Source: Octopus sinensis (Eukaryota). From it: a stretch of 64,000 nt of DNA. The number at the start of each line of letters is the position of its first letter. Position 1 is the first letter of the stretch. The stretch spans positions 17,484,001-17,548,000 of the forward strand of contig NC_043021.1 in NCBI RefSeq assembly GCF_006345805.1, written 5' to 3'. Of the stretch, positions 38,771-50,914 are shown piece by piece. The notes below the pieces were generated by a model. That model made no database searches. It saw only the letters and a program-made list of their open reading frames with translations, and had not been told where the DNA came from. Both the position numbers and the translations under genes were made by a program.

Positions 38771-39239
38771 AGATATGCTGTGGAAAAATGATACTCTTTC
38801 GGCTTTATTATTGTTTCTTATTTAAGAACAAGGTCAGCTAACATGAGAAGGAAAGTGAACGGGTGGTTGGGTGTTAATTGATAACAGATGGTTTGCGGGT
38901 AGATGGCATTCATTCCTACCCTGACCTGGTTATTAGTTTTATATTAATTCGTCGACCCCCGAAAGAATGAAAGAGATGGATGACCTCGCCGAAATTTGAA
39001 CTCATAACATCAAGAATTTATTGCTGCCAAGAATTTATTGCGACCCACCCCCACCCCAATAAACTTCTGCTAATCCACCAGTTCCAGTTATTCATATACC
39101 ATCAAAAATCAAACCATTTTTAATGTCAGAGCAACCTGGAAGCTGTGTTTAAGAATTCAACATGGTTGCGATATTTTTTTTTTTAACGAGGATTATTAAA
39201 AATAAATTGTTTGTAAAAATATTTTTCTGATTTTGACAT

Positions 39240-39650
39240 AGGCGCAGGAGTGGCTGTGTGGTAGTAGCTGTTTTTACCACCACATAGTTCCCTGGGTTCA
39301 GTCCCACTGCGTGGCACGATGGCAAGTATCTTTTACTAAGCCTCGGGCCGACCAATGCCTTTGGGGTGGATTTGGTAGACGGAAATGAAAAGAAGCTGTC
39401 GTATATATGTATATATATTATATGTTTGGTGTGTGTGTATGTGTGTCTGTGTTTGTCCCCCCCAGCATTGCTTGACAACCGATGCTGGTGTGTTTACGTC
39501 CCCGTTACTTAGCGGTTCGGCAAAAGAGACCGATAGAATAAGTGCTGGGCTTACAAAAGAATAAGTCCCGGTGTCGATTTGCTCGACTAAAGGCGGTGCT
39601 CCAGCATGGCCGCAGTCAAATGACTGAAACAAGTAAAAGAGTAAAAGAGT
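39240..39650 (+). mobile_element. SINE family A, full length
   Basis: aggcgcaggagtggctgtgtgg head; gtaaaagagtaaaagagtaa tail. Confidence 0.9.
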
Positions 39651-40099
39651 AAGATCACCAGTTTTTTTTTTTTTTGTTTTTTTTTTTGTTCAGGGTATTA
39701 ATCGGTTACATTGAACTCAGTACAACACACGAATATTATTTTATCGACCCTGAAAAGATCAAAAGGCAAAGTCGACCTCGGTGGGGTTTGAACTCAGAAA
39801 GTAAAGGTCCTGAAAAATAGCGCCGCCAAGTAATTTGTCCGACGCTCAAATACTACACAATGCTATTTCTACAGCTCTTGTCTCCGCTTCTGGGGCGATT
39901 TCGTTTCGCCTGGCTCTGGAGTATACTGTCCTTTTCAACACTCTACGTCTTTGAAGGGAGATCTCCCGGACGAAATGCCGCAACTTCTGGCGTTTGAACA
40001 ACACACGTACGGCAAGGGTTCTTTTATACTTTTACTGGATTCAGCCAGGGGCTGGGGGGTGTTCTAATTTTGGTATAAGGGGGGGGGGGTTATTTTGTA

Positions 40100-40790
40100 G
40101 GATGTGTTATGTCGATTACATCGACCCAAGTGTTTAACTGGTACTTATTTTGTCGACCCCGAAAGGATGAAAGGCAAAGTCGACCCCGAAAAGATGAAAA
40201 GCAAAGTCGACCCCGAAAGGATGAAAGGCAAAGTTGACCCCGGCAGAATTTGAACTCAGAACATAAAGACGGACGAAATGCTGCTAAGCGTTTTTCCCGT
40301 CGTGCCAACAATTCTTATTTCTTTATTGCCCTCAAGAGCCTAAACACAGAGGGGACAAACAAGGACAGACAAAGGGATTAAGTCGATTAAATCGACCCCT
40401 GTGCGTAACTGGTACTTAATTCATCGACCCCGAAAGGATGAAAAACAAAGTCAACCTCGGCGGAATTTGAACTCAGAACGCAACAGCAGACAAAATACTG
40501 CTAAGCATTTCGCCCGGTGTGCTAACGATTCTGCCAGCTCGCCACCCTATTTAAGTATGTAATACCAGTAATACCAGGTGGATGAATCGTTAGCATGGCG
40601 GGCAAAAAGCTTAGCGGTAATTCGTCAATCTTACGTTCTGAGCTCAAATGCTTCCGGGGTCGACTTCTCCTTTCATCCTTCTAAGGTCGATAAAACAAAT
40701 ACCAGTTGAACACTGGGGGATCGATGTAATTGACTTGCCCCCCCCCAATTGCTGGCCTTGTGTCAAAATTCGAAATCAGTATTTGTAATG
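40100..40790. mobile_element. Family B SINEs (two minus, one plus), one with a 27-bp internal triplication
   Basis: gtcgaccccgaaa(g/a)gatgaaa(g/a)gcaaa three times at 40152-40232. Confidence 0.82.
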
Positions 40791-40804
40791 TACGACGATC
40801 AGTG

Positions 40805-41060
40805 TTCTATTTGATCCAATCAACGGAACATGCAAGTGGTTGAGTACTCCATAGACACGCGTAGCCCTTAACATAATCCTCAGGGAGATTCAGCGTGACA
40901 CAAGTTGAGACAAGGTTGACCCCTTTGGAATTACAGGTACAACTCATTTTTGCCAGCTGCGCGGACTGGAACAACGTGAAGTAAAGTGTCTCGCTCAAAG
41001 ACACAACACACCGCCGGGAATTGAACTCACGGCCTTACGATCGTGATCCGAACAGTCTAA
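40805..41060 (-). mobile_element. SINE family D
   Basis: Reverse-complement homology to 20700-20980. Confidence 0.75.
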
Positions 41061-41110
41061 CCACCAAGCAATCTTTACACATATACATATACGCATATAC
41101 ATTTTCTATA

Positions 41111-41141
<31 letters not shown>

Positions 41142-41474
41142 TGTATGTATGTATGTATGTATGTATGTATGTATGTATGCATGCATGTATGTATGTATGT
41201 ATGTGTGTATGTATGTATGTATGTATGTATGCATGTATGTGTGTGTGTATGTATGTATGTATGTATGTATGCATGTATGTGTGTGTGTATGTATGTATGT
41301 ATGTATGTATGTATTTATGTATGTATGTATGCATGCATGTATGTATGCAAGCATGTATGTATGTGTGTAAGTATGTATGTGTGTGTATGTATGTATGTAT
41401 GTGTGTGTGTATGTATGTATGTATGTATGTATGTATGCATGCATGTATGTATGTATGTATGTGTGTGTGTATGT

Positions 41475-41960
41475 CATTATTCAGTTTTATTTCAAGATTT
41501 CTTACCAACAGAGAAAGAGCCGGTTTCTAACCTAGATCCAAGGCTCCTTCATTGGAATTTCAACAGCAACAGCAGGGTATTTTTATGTATGTATGTATGT
41601 ATGTATGTATGTATGTATGTATGTATGTATGTGCAGATTTGTATGTTTTATGTATGTTTTTTCATGCATATACTTACATATCTAGACATGCTCATATATA
41701 TTTAAATGATAAACTTCTGGAAAGTTTTACAGAGTTCTACAGTTCCAGTGATGGATTAGATTTGTAGTCTTCGAATCAGCTTTCTTCTTTCAGGTTTTGA
41801 GAAGCCTAATTTCTCAAGATTGGCATTTAAGCAGTGTGTTACATATCTCGGTGCCCCAATAATTACAGATATTAACCTGAATTTGTAATCTGGATAGAGT
41901 AACTGCAGATTTCTCAAAAGTTCGGCGTAGGTATTCTCTTTTTTACTGATCTTCAGCTGA
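41475..41960 (-). mobile_element. R4/Dong-type LINE 3' end, second copy
   Basis: Collinear homology with 28520-28975 (ttttgagaagcctaatttctcaagattgg etc.). Confidence 0.82.
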
Positions 41961-42524
41961 TTTCCACAAACTGCACGCGATATATAAGGAGTGTAGTATA
42001 TTTATAACGTGGTGGAAAGTAGACCTATTGATGATTGGGATGTGTAAAAACTAATGAGTTTTGTAATGAGTCTTTGCGTCTTAACAAACCATACGTCCCT
42101 CATGAAACACGTGTAGTCCATTAATAGAACATTTTGGGATTATGAATAGAACATGTAAGTATATTATTTAACATTTATGGTCGTGTTTGAGTTAATATGT
42201 TTGGAGGTGATGAAGTTGTGGGTGTTTCTATCTCTAACACTATTTTGATAATATGAATAATTATTGAGAGTAATTAAATTTTTTAATTACTTTTAATTGA
42301 ATGTCTCAGTCGTAGCACAGAATTGATATTCCCATGATATTAAATATATATAGTATATATATATATATAATATATATATATATATTATATTATATATATA
42401 TATGTAAAATTAATTAGAGATAAACCAATATATAATAAATATAATTAAATTAGAGATAAACCAATATAGATATAAAATAAATAAATTAGAGATAAAACCA
42501 ATATATATATAATATATAATATAC

Positions 42525-42901
42525 TCTTTTACTCTTTTACTTATTTCAGTCATTTGACTGCGGCATGCTGGAGCCCGCCTTTAATCGAGCAACTCAACCC
42601 GGGACTTATTCATTGTAAGCCCAGTACTTATTCTATCGGTCCTCTTTTGTCGAACCGCTAAGTGACGGGGACATCACACACCAGCATCGGTTGTCAAGCA
42701 ACGCTAGGGTGACAAACACAAACATACACGCACACATACATATATACGACGGGCTTCTTTCAGTTTCCATCTACCAAATCCACTCACAAGGCTTTGGTCG
42801 GCCCGAAGCTATAGTAGAAGACACTTGCCCAAGGTGCCACGCAGTGGGACTGAACCCGGAACCATGTGGTTGGTAAACAAGCTACTTACCACACAGCCAC
42901 T

Positions 42902-42902
<1 letters not shown>
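42525..42902 (-). mobile_element. SINE family A
   Basis: Head and tail recognisable. Confidence 0.88.
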
Positions 42903-42949
<47 letters not shown>

Positions 42950-43098
42950 CCAACCACATGTGTATATAAACAAATTTAGTTTTGTTTATTTTTAGAAGTG
43001 TTGAATGAGTGTCGTACGACACAGACTAGAAAGCGATATTTTCGAACGCAATATCATCGCCGTTAAAACAACAACAACAACAAAAACATTGGTTCTTG

Positions 43099-43156
<58 letters not shown>

Positions 43157-43725
43157 GTGTGACTTCATTTGCAATTATTGTGCACCAGTAGAAAGACACG
43201 AATCGCTGAAATTGCTGCGCAATAGGAGTGGACATGAACTCACACACACTTGACACTCTACGAATTCTTTTCGGTCAACACTCATCCTGATTGGTCATTG
43301 AGATCCCTCCTTTGGCCTTACTTACTGACCCTAAATAATGCGCATTCATACGTACAATCATACCTATATGCCCGCGCATAGAATACTTACTTCCTTTTTC
43401 CCACCAATTCACACTGGTCACTGACCTACCACCGTCCTTTCTTTGTCCAACTTAAACCGTGTCCTCCCTTCCTCATGATAACACTCCTGTCACTGATAAC
43501 ATTCTTTCTGAAAATCGTGTCCACCCGCCTCTGCTCTGTTCTGCCCAGTGGCCTTGCTAACCACACATCTCTGTAAATGTTAAACAATGCCCTCGCTTCT
43601 ACGTTTTAACTTGTTTCAGTCTTTAGACTGCGGCCATGCTGGAGCACCACCTGGGGGAACTTTTATTCGAATGAACTGACACCCAGTACACACGCACACA
43701 CACATGGAGGCACATATACATGTAG

Positions 43726-43769
<44 letters not shown>

Positions 43770-43858
43770 GTATATACATACACATATGTATCTAAGTATA
43801 TGTTTGTATGCATGTTTGTGTGTGTATTGTTTAGGTCAGTGAGTTTATATACATATGT

Positions 43859-43904
<46 letters not shown>

Positions 43905-43937
43905 AATATACTCACACACACACATATATATATAACG

Positions 43938-46250
43938 GGAAGCTTTATGAAAATAAACAAAAGACGAAGGCAGGTGGAAAACAAACGAACAATTGTATTA
44001 GTATGGCGCTCAGGAAATATAAATAAAACAAGTCTTTAACGTTTCGAGCCTACGCTCTTCAACAGAAAGATACACAGAGAGAAAAACACAGAAAGAAGGA
44101 GAGAAAAAATGCATGCAGTAGCTAACGAATCAACATGGCGATCTGATTTCGGCCAGAGGTCAAAGATCAAACATGAGACCGCGAGCGAAATAAGGGAGAT
44201 AATAGGGTTGATAAAAGGGTTGAGGGACCAGCTAAAAGTGCGTGTGAGGGGTCTGGGTTTGTGTATGTATAGGGTTTTGGTGTATGTATTAGTTATGTAT
44301 ATAAGGGTGTGTGTGTGTGCTGTGTGTGGTGTGTGTATAGAGAGTATTAGTGGTGCGTAAGATTGGTCTGGACGTGCGTATGTATGGGGTTGGTGTATGT
44401 ATTAGTATGTATTAGTACGTATTGGTATGTATAGGTTGTGTGTGTGTGTGTGAGAGAGTATAAGTGCGTATGCGGGGTCTGGACGTGTGTATGTATAGGT
44501 TGGTGTAAGTATTAGTATGTACTGGTATGTATTAGTACGTATTAGTATGTTTAGTTGGTGTGTGTATTAGTATGGCACATCAATGTGATTGTGATGTGTA
44601 AGTCATGTTTGGTGTAGTGAGGAGAAGAGGGGGAGGGGGAGAAGAGGGGGGAGAGAAGGCAGGGAAGAAGAGGGGGAGGAGAAAGGGGAAGAGGATGGAT
44701 GGGGGGAGAAGGAAGGGAGGTGGGGGATGAAGGAGGAAAGAGGGAGAGGGGGAGAGAGGGAGTGAGGGAGCAGAGGAAGGGGAAGAGGGAGGGAGAAAGA
44801 GGGAGAAGGGAAGGGGAGTAGGGTGAAAGGATGAAGGACTGAAGAAGTAGGGTCGGGGGAGAAAGGATAGGTGAGGAGGGGGGAGAGGGGGTTAGATGAG
44901 GAGGGGGGAGAGTTAGACCAATGGCGTATAAGAGCGAAGAGAGAAGATTAATTCCTGTTCACGGCGCAAACGGGAATCCGGATGGCCTCTGTGTAAGGAC
45001 AAACCGAACCAGATGGTGTTGTAAGGAGTGACCGGTGGAGCGGAAATGGCGTGAGACCGGTGTGTCGTTCGCAAGGTGGATGTCACGAAGGTGTTCCGCG
45101 AACCGGTCAGCCAAGCGGCGTCCCGTTTGTCCGATGTACAAGGAATTGCAGAGAGAGCAAGAGATGCAATAGATAATATTGCTGGAGGTGCAGGTGAAGG
45201 AGTGGATGATGGGATAGGGTCGATGGTGGGTGCTAGTGAGGCGGGTGGTGTTGGAGAGGTAAGGCAAGTGCGGCAACGTGGGCGGGAGCAGGGGAACGAG
45301 CCGGTTGGGAGGTAGGGTCAGGAAGGAGCTATGGACCAAAAGGTCTCGAAGGTTGTGGGCTCGTTTGAAAGAGGGGAGGGGTCGGTTAGGGAAGAGGTGT
45401 GAAGTGGACGGGTCGGACTGGAGATGACGGAAAGCTCGAAGAATGGTGCGTTGGAGACGTAGGGTCGTGGGGTGGTAAGTGAGGGGAAAAGGGAGGCGGG
45501 AGAGCAGATACACGGTCCACGGACCGTGCTCTGGCAAGGGCGGTGTGGATAGTGGTGAGGGGGTATCCACGTAGGGTGAAGTGGTGAGCCATACGTTGAG
45601 ACTGAGTCTCAAAGTCACGGTCGTCACTACAGAGCCTACGTAGACGGAGGAATTGGGAATAGGGGATGGAAAGCTTGGTGTGTTCTGGGTGGGAGGAAGA
45701 GAAGTTGAGGTATGAGTGTGAGTCTGTGTTTGTAGTGAATGGAGGTGGTAAGAGTGGAGTGAAGAATGCTAACCGAAAGTCGAGGAAGGAGACAGAGGTG
45801 TTGGAGATAGTGGAAGTGAAGTGGAGGGCTGGATGGAAAGATTGGACGAAAGAGAGGAAGGAATCTAGATGTTCGCGGGAGAGTGAGGTGGCACCGATAA
45901 TGTCGTCAATATAACGACCATATAGTTCAGGAGTGGGACCAGTGAAATTAGAGAATATTTGGGCCTCACACATAGCCAACGAATAGGTTCGCATAGTTGG
46001 GGCCCATTCCGTTTTTCCCATGGCCACTCCCGAGAACTGATGGTAGAACTCGCCCGCGAACGAGAAGCAGTTCAGAGTAAGGACAAGTTCGGCCAGACGA
46101 TGAGTGTGGAGGTGTCAGCAGGGTTTAGAGAGAGCGGAGGTCAAGAAAGTGTCGAAGGGCCTGCAGTCCTTCGTGGTGAGGGATAACAGTATAGAGGCTT
46201 TGGATGTCCATAGTAAAAAGGATTTTGGAGGAGCCGGGAGGAAAGGAGAA
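43938..46250 (-). mobile_element. Penelope-like element PLE-1 (5'-truncated, frameshifted RT + GIY-YIG, 3' terminal repeat)
   Basis: FTMDIQSLYTVIP (~46190), AMG (~46020), GRYIDD (~45905), CTSSNIIYCISCSLCNSLYIGQTGRRLADRFAEH. The Cys-containing GIY-YIG resembles Neptune-type PLEs. Confidence 0.9.
44033..44070 (-). ncRNA. Hammerhead motif, family H2, in the PLE-1 terminal repeat (A6U core)
   Basis: tcttt-CTGTTGA-a-gagc-gtag-gctc-GAA-ACGT-T-aaaga. Confidence 0.75.
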
Positions 46251-46297
46251 AGATATACAATACATACATACATACATACATCATATATATTATAGAT

Positions 46298-46347
<50 letters not shown>

Positions 46348-46604
46348 TAGATAGATAGATAGATAATATAGATATATGTATATACATCAAGATTAACTCA
46401 GCCGAAATTACTTTACTACGATGATCCGGTTCTTGACTGAAGACTGGGGCCTTCGAATGTCCTGTCTGTGTTTGTTGTGTCGTCTTCTGGGGTTGTGCGT
46501 TCTTGTCACAGTTTGTATTTTTTTTTTACATATCATAATATATACATATATACTTAGATACCTACATAGGTATTTAGCCGATTGAACTGCCCCCATACAT
46601 ATGC

Positions 46605-46642
<38 letters not shown>

Positions 46643-46700
46643 GCATATGTATGTGGTCAGTTCATTCGGCTAAAATACACCTGCTTGTTGTTTATATATG

Positions 46701-46751
<51 letters not shown>

Positions 46752-46800
46752 TATATATATTATATATTATATTATATATTATATATATATATAATTTACA

Positions 46801-46940
46801 TTATTTACTATTGACGGATATTTGTCCTCATCTTGTTTGTTGTTAACACAACGTTTCGGCTGATATACCCTCCAGCCTTCATCAGGTGTCTTGGGGAAAT
46901 TTCGAACCTGGGTTCTCATTCCTAAGGTATTTTTCGATGT
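46801..46940 (-). mobile_element. Family E body (no head seen), next to a long (AAT)n tract
   Basis: Near-identical to 33826-33965. Confidence 0.85.
46845..46890 (-). ncRNA. Hammerhead motif, family H1, intact
   Basis: Identical to 33877-33922. Confidence 0.85.
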
Positions 46941-47051
46941 TGTTATTATCATCATCATCCTCATCATCATCATCATCATCCATTATTATTATTACTTTTA
47001 TTATTATTTATTATTTTATTATTATTATTTATTATTATTATTATTATTATA

Positions 47052-47082
<31 letters not shown>

Positions 47083-47279
47083 TATCATTATTATTATTTT
47101 TATTATTATTATTATTGTATTATTATTATTATTATCATTATTATTATCATTATCATTATTATCATTATTATCATTATCATTATTATTATTATTTATTATT
47201 ATATCATTATTATTATTATTATTATTATCATTATCATTCTTTTTCATTATTATATTATTATTATTATTATTATTATTAT

Positions 47280-47336
<57 letters not shown>

Positions 47337-47384
47337 TATCATTATCCTTATTATATTATTATATTATTATTATTATTATTACAC

Positions 47385-47720
47385 AGTCCAGGTTTCGCAA
47401 GCATATAATAAGAGGTTAAGGTACATGTATTGTATACCTTCATCTTTGTCGCAGTGGAAATACCATGTCTAGACCATAGGCGGTCTTCCAGTTTGCCAAA
47501 ATCAAAACTGGCTCTTTCTGAATGCGTAGTGACATTCCATCATCAAGGTTCGCTGATGTGTTTAGTGTGCTCCCTAAGTAAACAAACTTAGAAACCACAG
47601 CAAATTTTCTTCTATACACGAAGATACCAGGTTCTAAGTATGGCATTCCTGGTGCTGGCTGAAAAATGGCAACAGTTTGGGTTAGATTTATGGTTAAGCC
47701 AAATGCCTCACGAGCCGTTC
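47385..47720 (-). mobile_element. Degenerate RTE-type RT fragment
   Basis: VVSKFVYLGSTLNTSANLDDGMSLRIQK resembles the RTE F.YLGS....LD.E...RI.K region. Confidence 0.65.
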
Positions 47721-48502
47721 AAATTGCATTCAGAAGATTTTGCATGTCCTCCTCTGTATGAGCGACAATATCGCAAGCATCTGCGTAGAGAAGGTCTCTA
47801 ATAATAGTTGAGGATGTCCTTGACTTAGCTGACAGTCTTCTGATGTTAAAGATTTTTTTCCTGTTGTGCGATATCTGATATATATGTCCTTATACTTTCC
47901 GGATTCACTATGTACACCCTCTTCGCATGTAAACCGTCTTTTATGCAACCCCAAGTTTTATTACATAACGTGTCATATTACAGCGATTAGAGAAGACTTA
48001 CTGTTTTGCTCTTTCTCCCTCTCTTTCTCTTTTGTTCTCCGACCTTTCTCTCTCTCTTCCTCTCTCTCTCTCCCTCTCTCGCCCTCTTGTTCTTCCACCT
48101 TTCTCTTTCTCTCTCCTTCTCTGTCCCTCGTTTTCTCTGGTGACACATGAGTCCTAGCGTGTCAGGTTTCTTCCTGTCGCAAGAGAGTCCTGCCTGATGG
48201 AAACTTAAGAGCTGGGTCAACTGGGGAGCAATATCAAGAGCATCCTAGTTAACACCCATCAGGCACGAACGGAGGCGGGATGCTCGTGCAGAGATTACAA
48301 CAGCTGCCCAGTGGGAGGCCATTGCGAAGCCAAGGGAACTGCCAAGGAAGTTGATGTGGTAGTCGACCCAAGTAGCAGCATCAGCAGTTTTCCCAACGAC
48401 TACTACAATAACATAGATGACAGTACCAATAGCAACGGTAGCAACCCGAACAGAAATGGCGGCAGCAGCACCACCAATGGTAACAATAACTAGAACTACA
48501 AT

Positions 48503-48890
48503 GTTGGAAGCACTCTGTCGATTACGACGACGTGGGTTCCGGTTGATCCGATCAACGGAACAGCCTGCTCGTGAAATTAACGTGTGAGTGGCTGAGCACT
48601 CCACAGACATGTGTACCCTTAACGTAGTTCTCGGGGATATTCAGCGTGACACAGAGAGTGACAAGGCCGGCCCTTTGAAATACAGGTACAACAGAAACAG
48701 GAAGTAAGAGTGAGAGAAAGTTGTGGTGAAAGAGTACAGCAGGGATCACCACCACCCCCTGCCGGAGCCTCGTGGAGGTTTTAGGTGTTTTCGCTCAAAA
48801 AACACTCACAACGCCCGGTCTGGGAATCGAAACCGCGACCCTACGACCGCGAGTTCGCTGCCCTAACCACTGGGCCATTGCGCCTCCACA
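48503..48890 (-). mobile_element. SINE family C flanked by an 80-bp duplication
   Basis: 48423-48502 vs 48893-48972, 4 mismatches. Confidence 0.9.
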
Positions 48891-48981
48891 CTGTACCAAT
48901 AGCAACGGTAGCAACCCGAACAGAAATGGCAGCAGCACCATCACCAATGGTAACAATAACTAGAACGACAATAACAGCATC

Positions 48982-49137
48982 AACGGCGCCGGCGCCAATA
49001 CCAACAGCGCCGGCGCCAATACCAACAGCGCCGGCGCCAATACCAACAGCGCCGGCGCCAATACCAACAGCGCCGGCGCCAATACCAACAGCGCCGGCGC
49101 CAATACCAACGGCGCCGGCGCCAATACCAACAGCGCC
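48982..49137 (+). repeat. 21-bp minisatellite (aac(a/g)gcgccggcgccaatacc), 7 units plus a partial
   Basis: Direct repeats; in frame with the PLE-3 ORF as N(S/G)AGANT. Confidence 0.95.
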
Positions 49138-49337
49138 AGCAACAACGGAAGCAGTATCATGACCATCAACAAAAATAGCATCGCCAACACCAGATAGATC
49201 GGATGTTCCGGAAACGCCTTCAAGCAGCGCCTCTCCAACCATAGATACTCATTCAGGATCCAGGAGTGGAGGCACAAAGCATCCTTAATCAGCCACGTAT
49301 GGCAGCTGAAAGCCGAAGGAACTCCACACGTAATATC

Positions 49338-49567
49338 TATGTCTTTACTACCCACAAGCGGCTAAACACAGAGGGATAAAACAAGGACAGACACACGGAT
49401 TAAGTCGATTACATCGACGCCAGTGCGTAACTGGTACTTAATTTATCGACCCCGAAAGGATGAACGGCAAAGTCGACCTCGGCGGAATTTGAACTCAGAA
49501 CGTAACGGCAGACGAAATACGGCTACGCATTTCGCCCGGCGTGCTAACGTTTCTGCCAGCTCGCCGC
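49338..49567 (-). mobile_element. SINE family B, full length
   Basis: TSD cgtaatatc (49329-49337, 49568-49576). Confidence 0.92.
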
Positions 49568-49755
49568 CGTAATATCATGGAAGATCCTAGAAAATCCAGG
49601 TCTCTACATCAATGGGATCAAGTGTTGTAAGCTGTGCATAAACGAACGGACGAATATATTAAAGGACTTTCTCGACCCGGGGAGCATCCTCAACTCCAAG
49701 ACAGAAGTTTCCGGACCCCGCTTGCATTTCAGGAAATTCCTATTATTGTTAGGGT

Positions 49756-50124
49756 TCAGGTCACTGCTTGGAATCGAACTCAGAATCTTGGGGTTAGTAA
49801 CCCACGCTCTTAACCACTACGCCACGATCATATTGGTGTAGAGGTTATGGGCGCGGGCTACTAACCCCAAGATTCCGAGTTCGATTCCAAGCAGTGACCT
49901 GAACACAACAACAACAACAACAACAATAATAACAAGAACAACATCGAAAAATACCTTAGGAATGAGAACCCAGGTTCGAAATTTCCCCAAGACACCTGAA
50001 GAAGGCAGGAGGGTATATCAGCCGAAACGTTGTGTTAACAACAAACAAGATGAGGACAAATATCCGTCGAATGTAAATAATGTAAATGATATACATAATT
50101 CCCCATCTCTTAAATATAGAACTG
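49756..50124 (+). mobile_element. SINE family E (49821-50124) preceded by an inverted copy of its own head (49756-49824)
   Basis: Head-to-head tRNA-like sequences, (AAC/AAT)n, hammerhead body, tail ..atctcttaaatatagaactg. Confidence 0.85.
49991..50036 (+). ncRNA. Hammerhead motif, family H1 (N7=A; one helix II mismatch)
   Basis: gacac-CTGAAGA-a-ggcag-gagggtatat-cagcc-GAA-ACGT-T-gtgtt. Confidence 0.8.
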
Positions 50125-50293
50125 CTCGAATGAGAATATAATTTTCATGGGGATCACCAGCCATAAGGACGACTACTTCATTAGATGTGGGCTCATTAAA
50201 ACGGCGTAAAATGTTCTTTACTATAGTTTACTATAGACGGAAGAAACGCAGAGACACACTCATAGAATTGATAATATAGTAAACAGCAAAACG

Positions 50294-50706
50294 GGATCTT
50301 TTCGGTTTGAACGGCAGTTTTTTCTAGCGGTGTCATATGAAATTGTCACCCATAATTATGACCCTAGAATCGATCTATTGCATTTCAATCTCTTTTAGGG
50401 TTAGGGTTAGGGGTGGGGGAAGGGTATATTTTTTTGTTCACAAATGTAAATAAACCCAATCTGTTTCTTAAACGAGGGACATATTCATACGGCACAGAAT
50501 GCTTTTTAACTCAATAGACGTCACTGATTGGTTGAACTTGCAGAAATTGAAGAAAAAAACAAATATCTTACAAACTATAGAATTTTCTCAATAAAGCCAA
50601 GAGAAAAATATGTTTTATAAACACATTCTACCAATATACGAAGTTTGAAATTTTTTTAGTTACCTAGAAATTATGTTAAAAACTGCCGTTCAAACCGGAA
50701 AGATCC
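50294..50706. mobile_element. GGATC-TIR MITE
   Basis: Perfect 8-bp TSD gcaaaacg (50286-50293, 50707-50714). Confidence 0.9.
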
Positions 50707-50914
50707 GCAAAACGTACACACACGAAGTTCAAGCGAAACGAAATCTAGTCAATATTGGCGCAAAACATACTTTCTGTAGCGTAGTTATACAAAAATAATG
50801 CATTTTACAATTTTGAAACGAACGCAGAACCAAGGGTACAGAGAGGAAGATGCCGGTGTTGTAACGTTAATTTAAAATACTTGCCGAAGGATGCATACTC
50901 TCTTTTTTTACTTT

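Larger units (their letters stand above)
48225..49750 (+). mobile_element. Naiad-like PLE GIY-YIG endonuclease remnant (PLE-3)
   Basis: One frame once two SINEs are removed: NIKSIL..GCSCRDYNSCPVGGHC..[N/S/G-rich linker with one TAG]..*IGCSGNAFKQRLSNHRYSFR..LISHVWQLK..ISWKIL..CKLCINER..ILNSKTEVSGPRLHFRKFL. Confidence 0.78.

Noticed and set aside
48491-49197. In-frame stops in the Naiad-like ORF as recoding (selenocysteine) sites
   Set aside because: Both stops are TAG, not TGA, and one replaces the catalytic Tyr codon; simple decay is more likely.
48785-49355. Mucin-like TAPAPIP or collagen-like AGAVGIG protein
   Set aside because: These are alternative frames of a 21-bp minisatellite inside a decayed PLE; the ORF starts lie within a SINE.
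50393-50412. Interstitial telomeric (TTAGGG)n
   Set aside because: Only 2-3 units, and part of the MITE consensus (similar sequence in the other copies).
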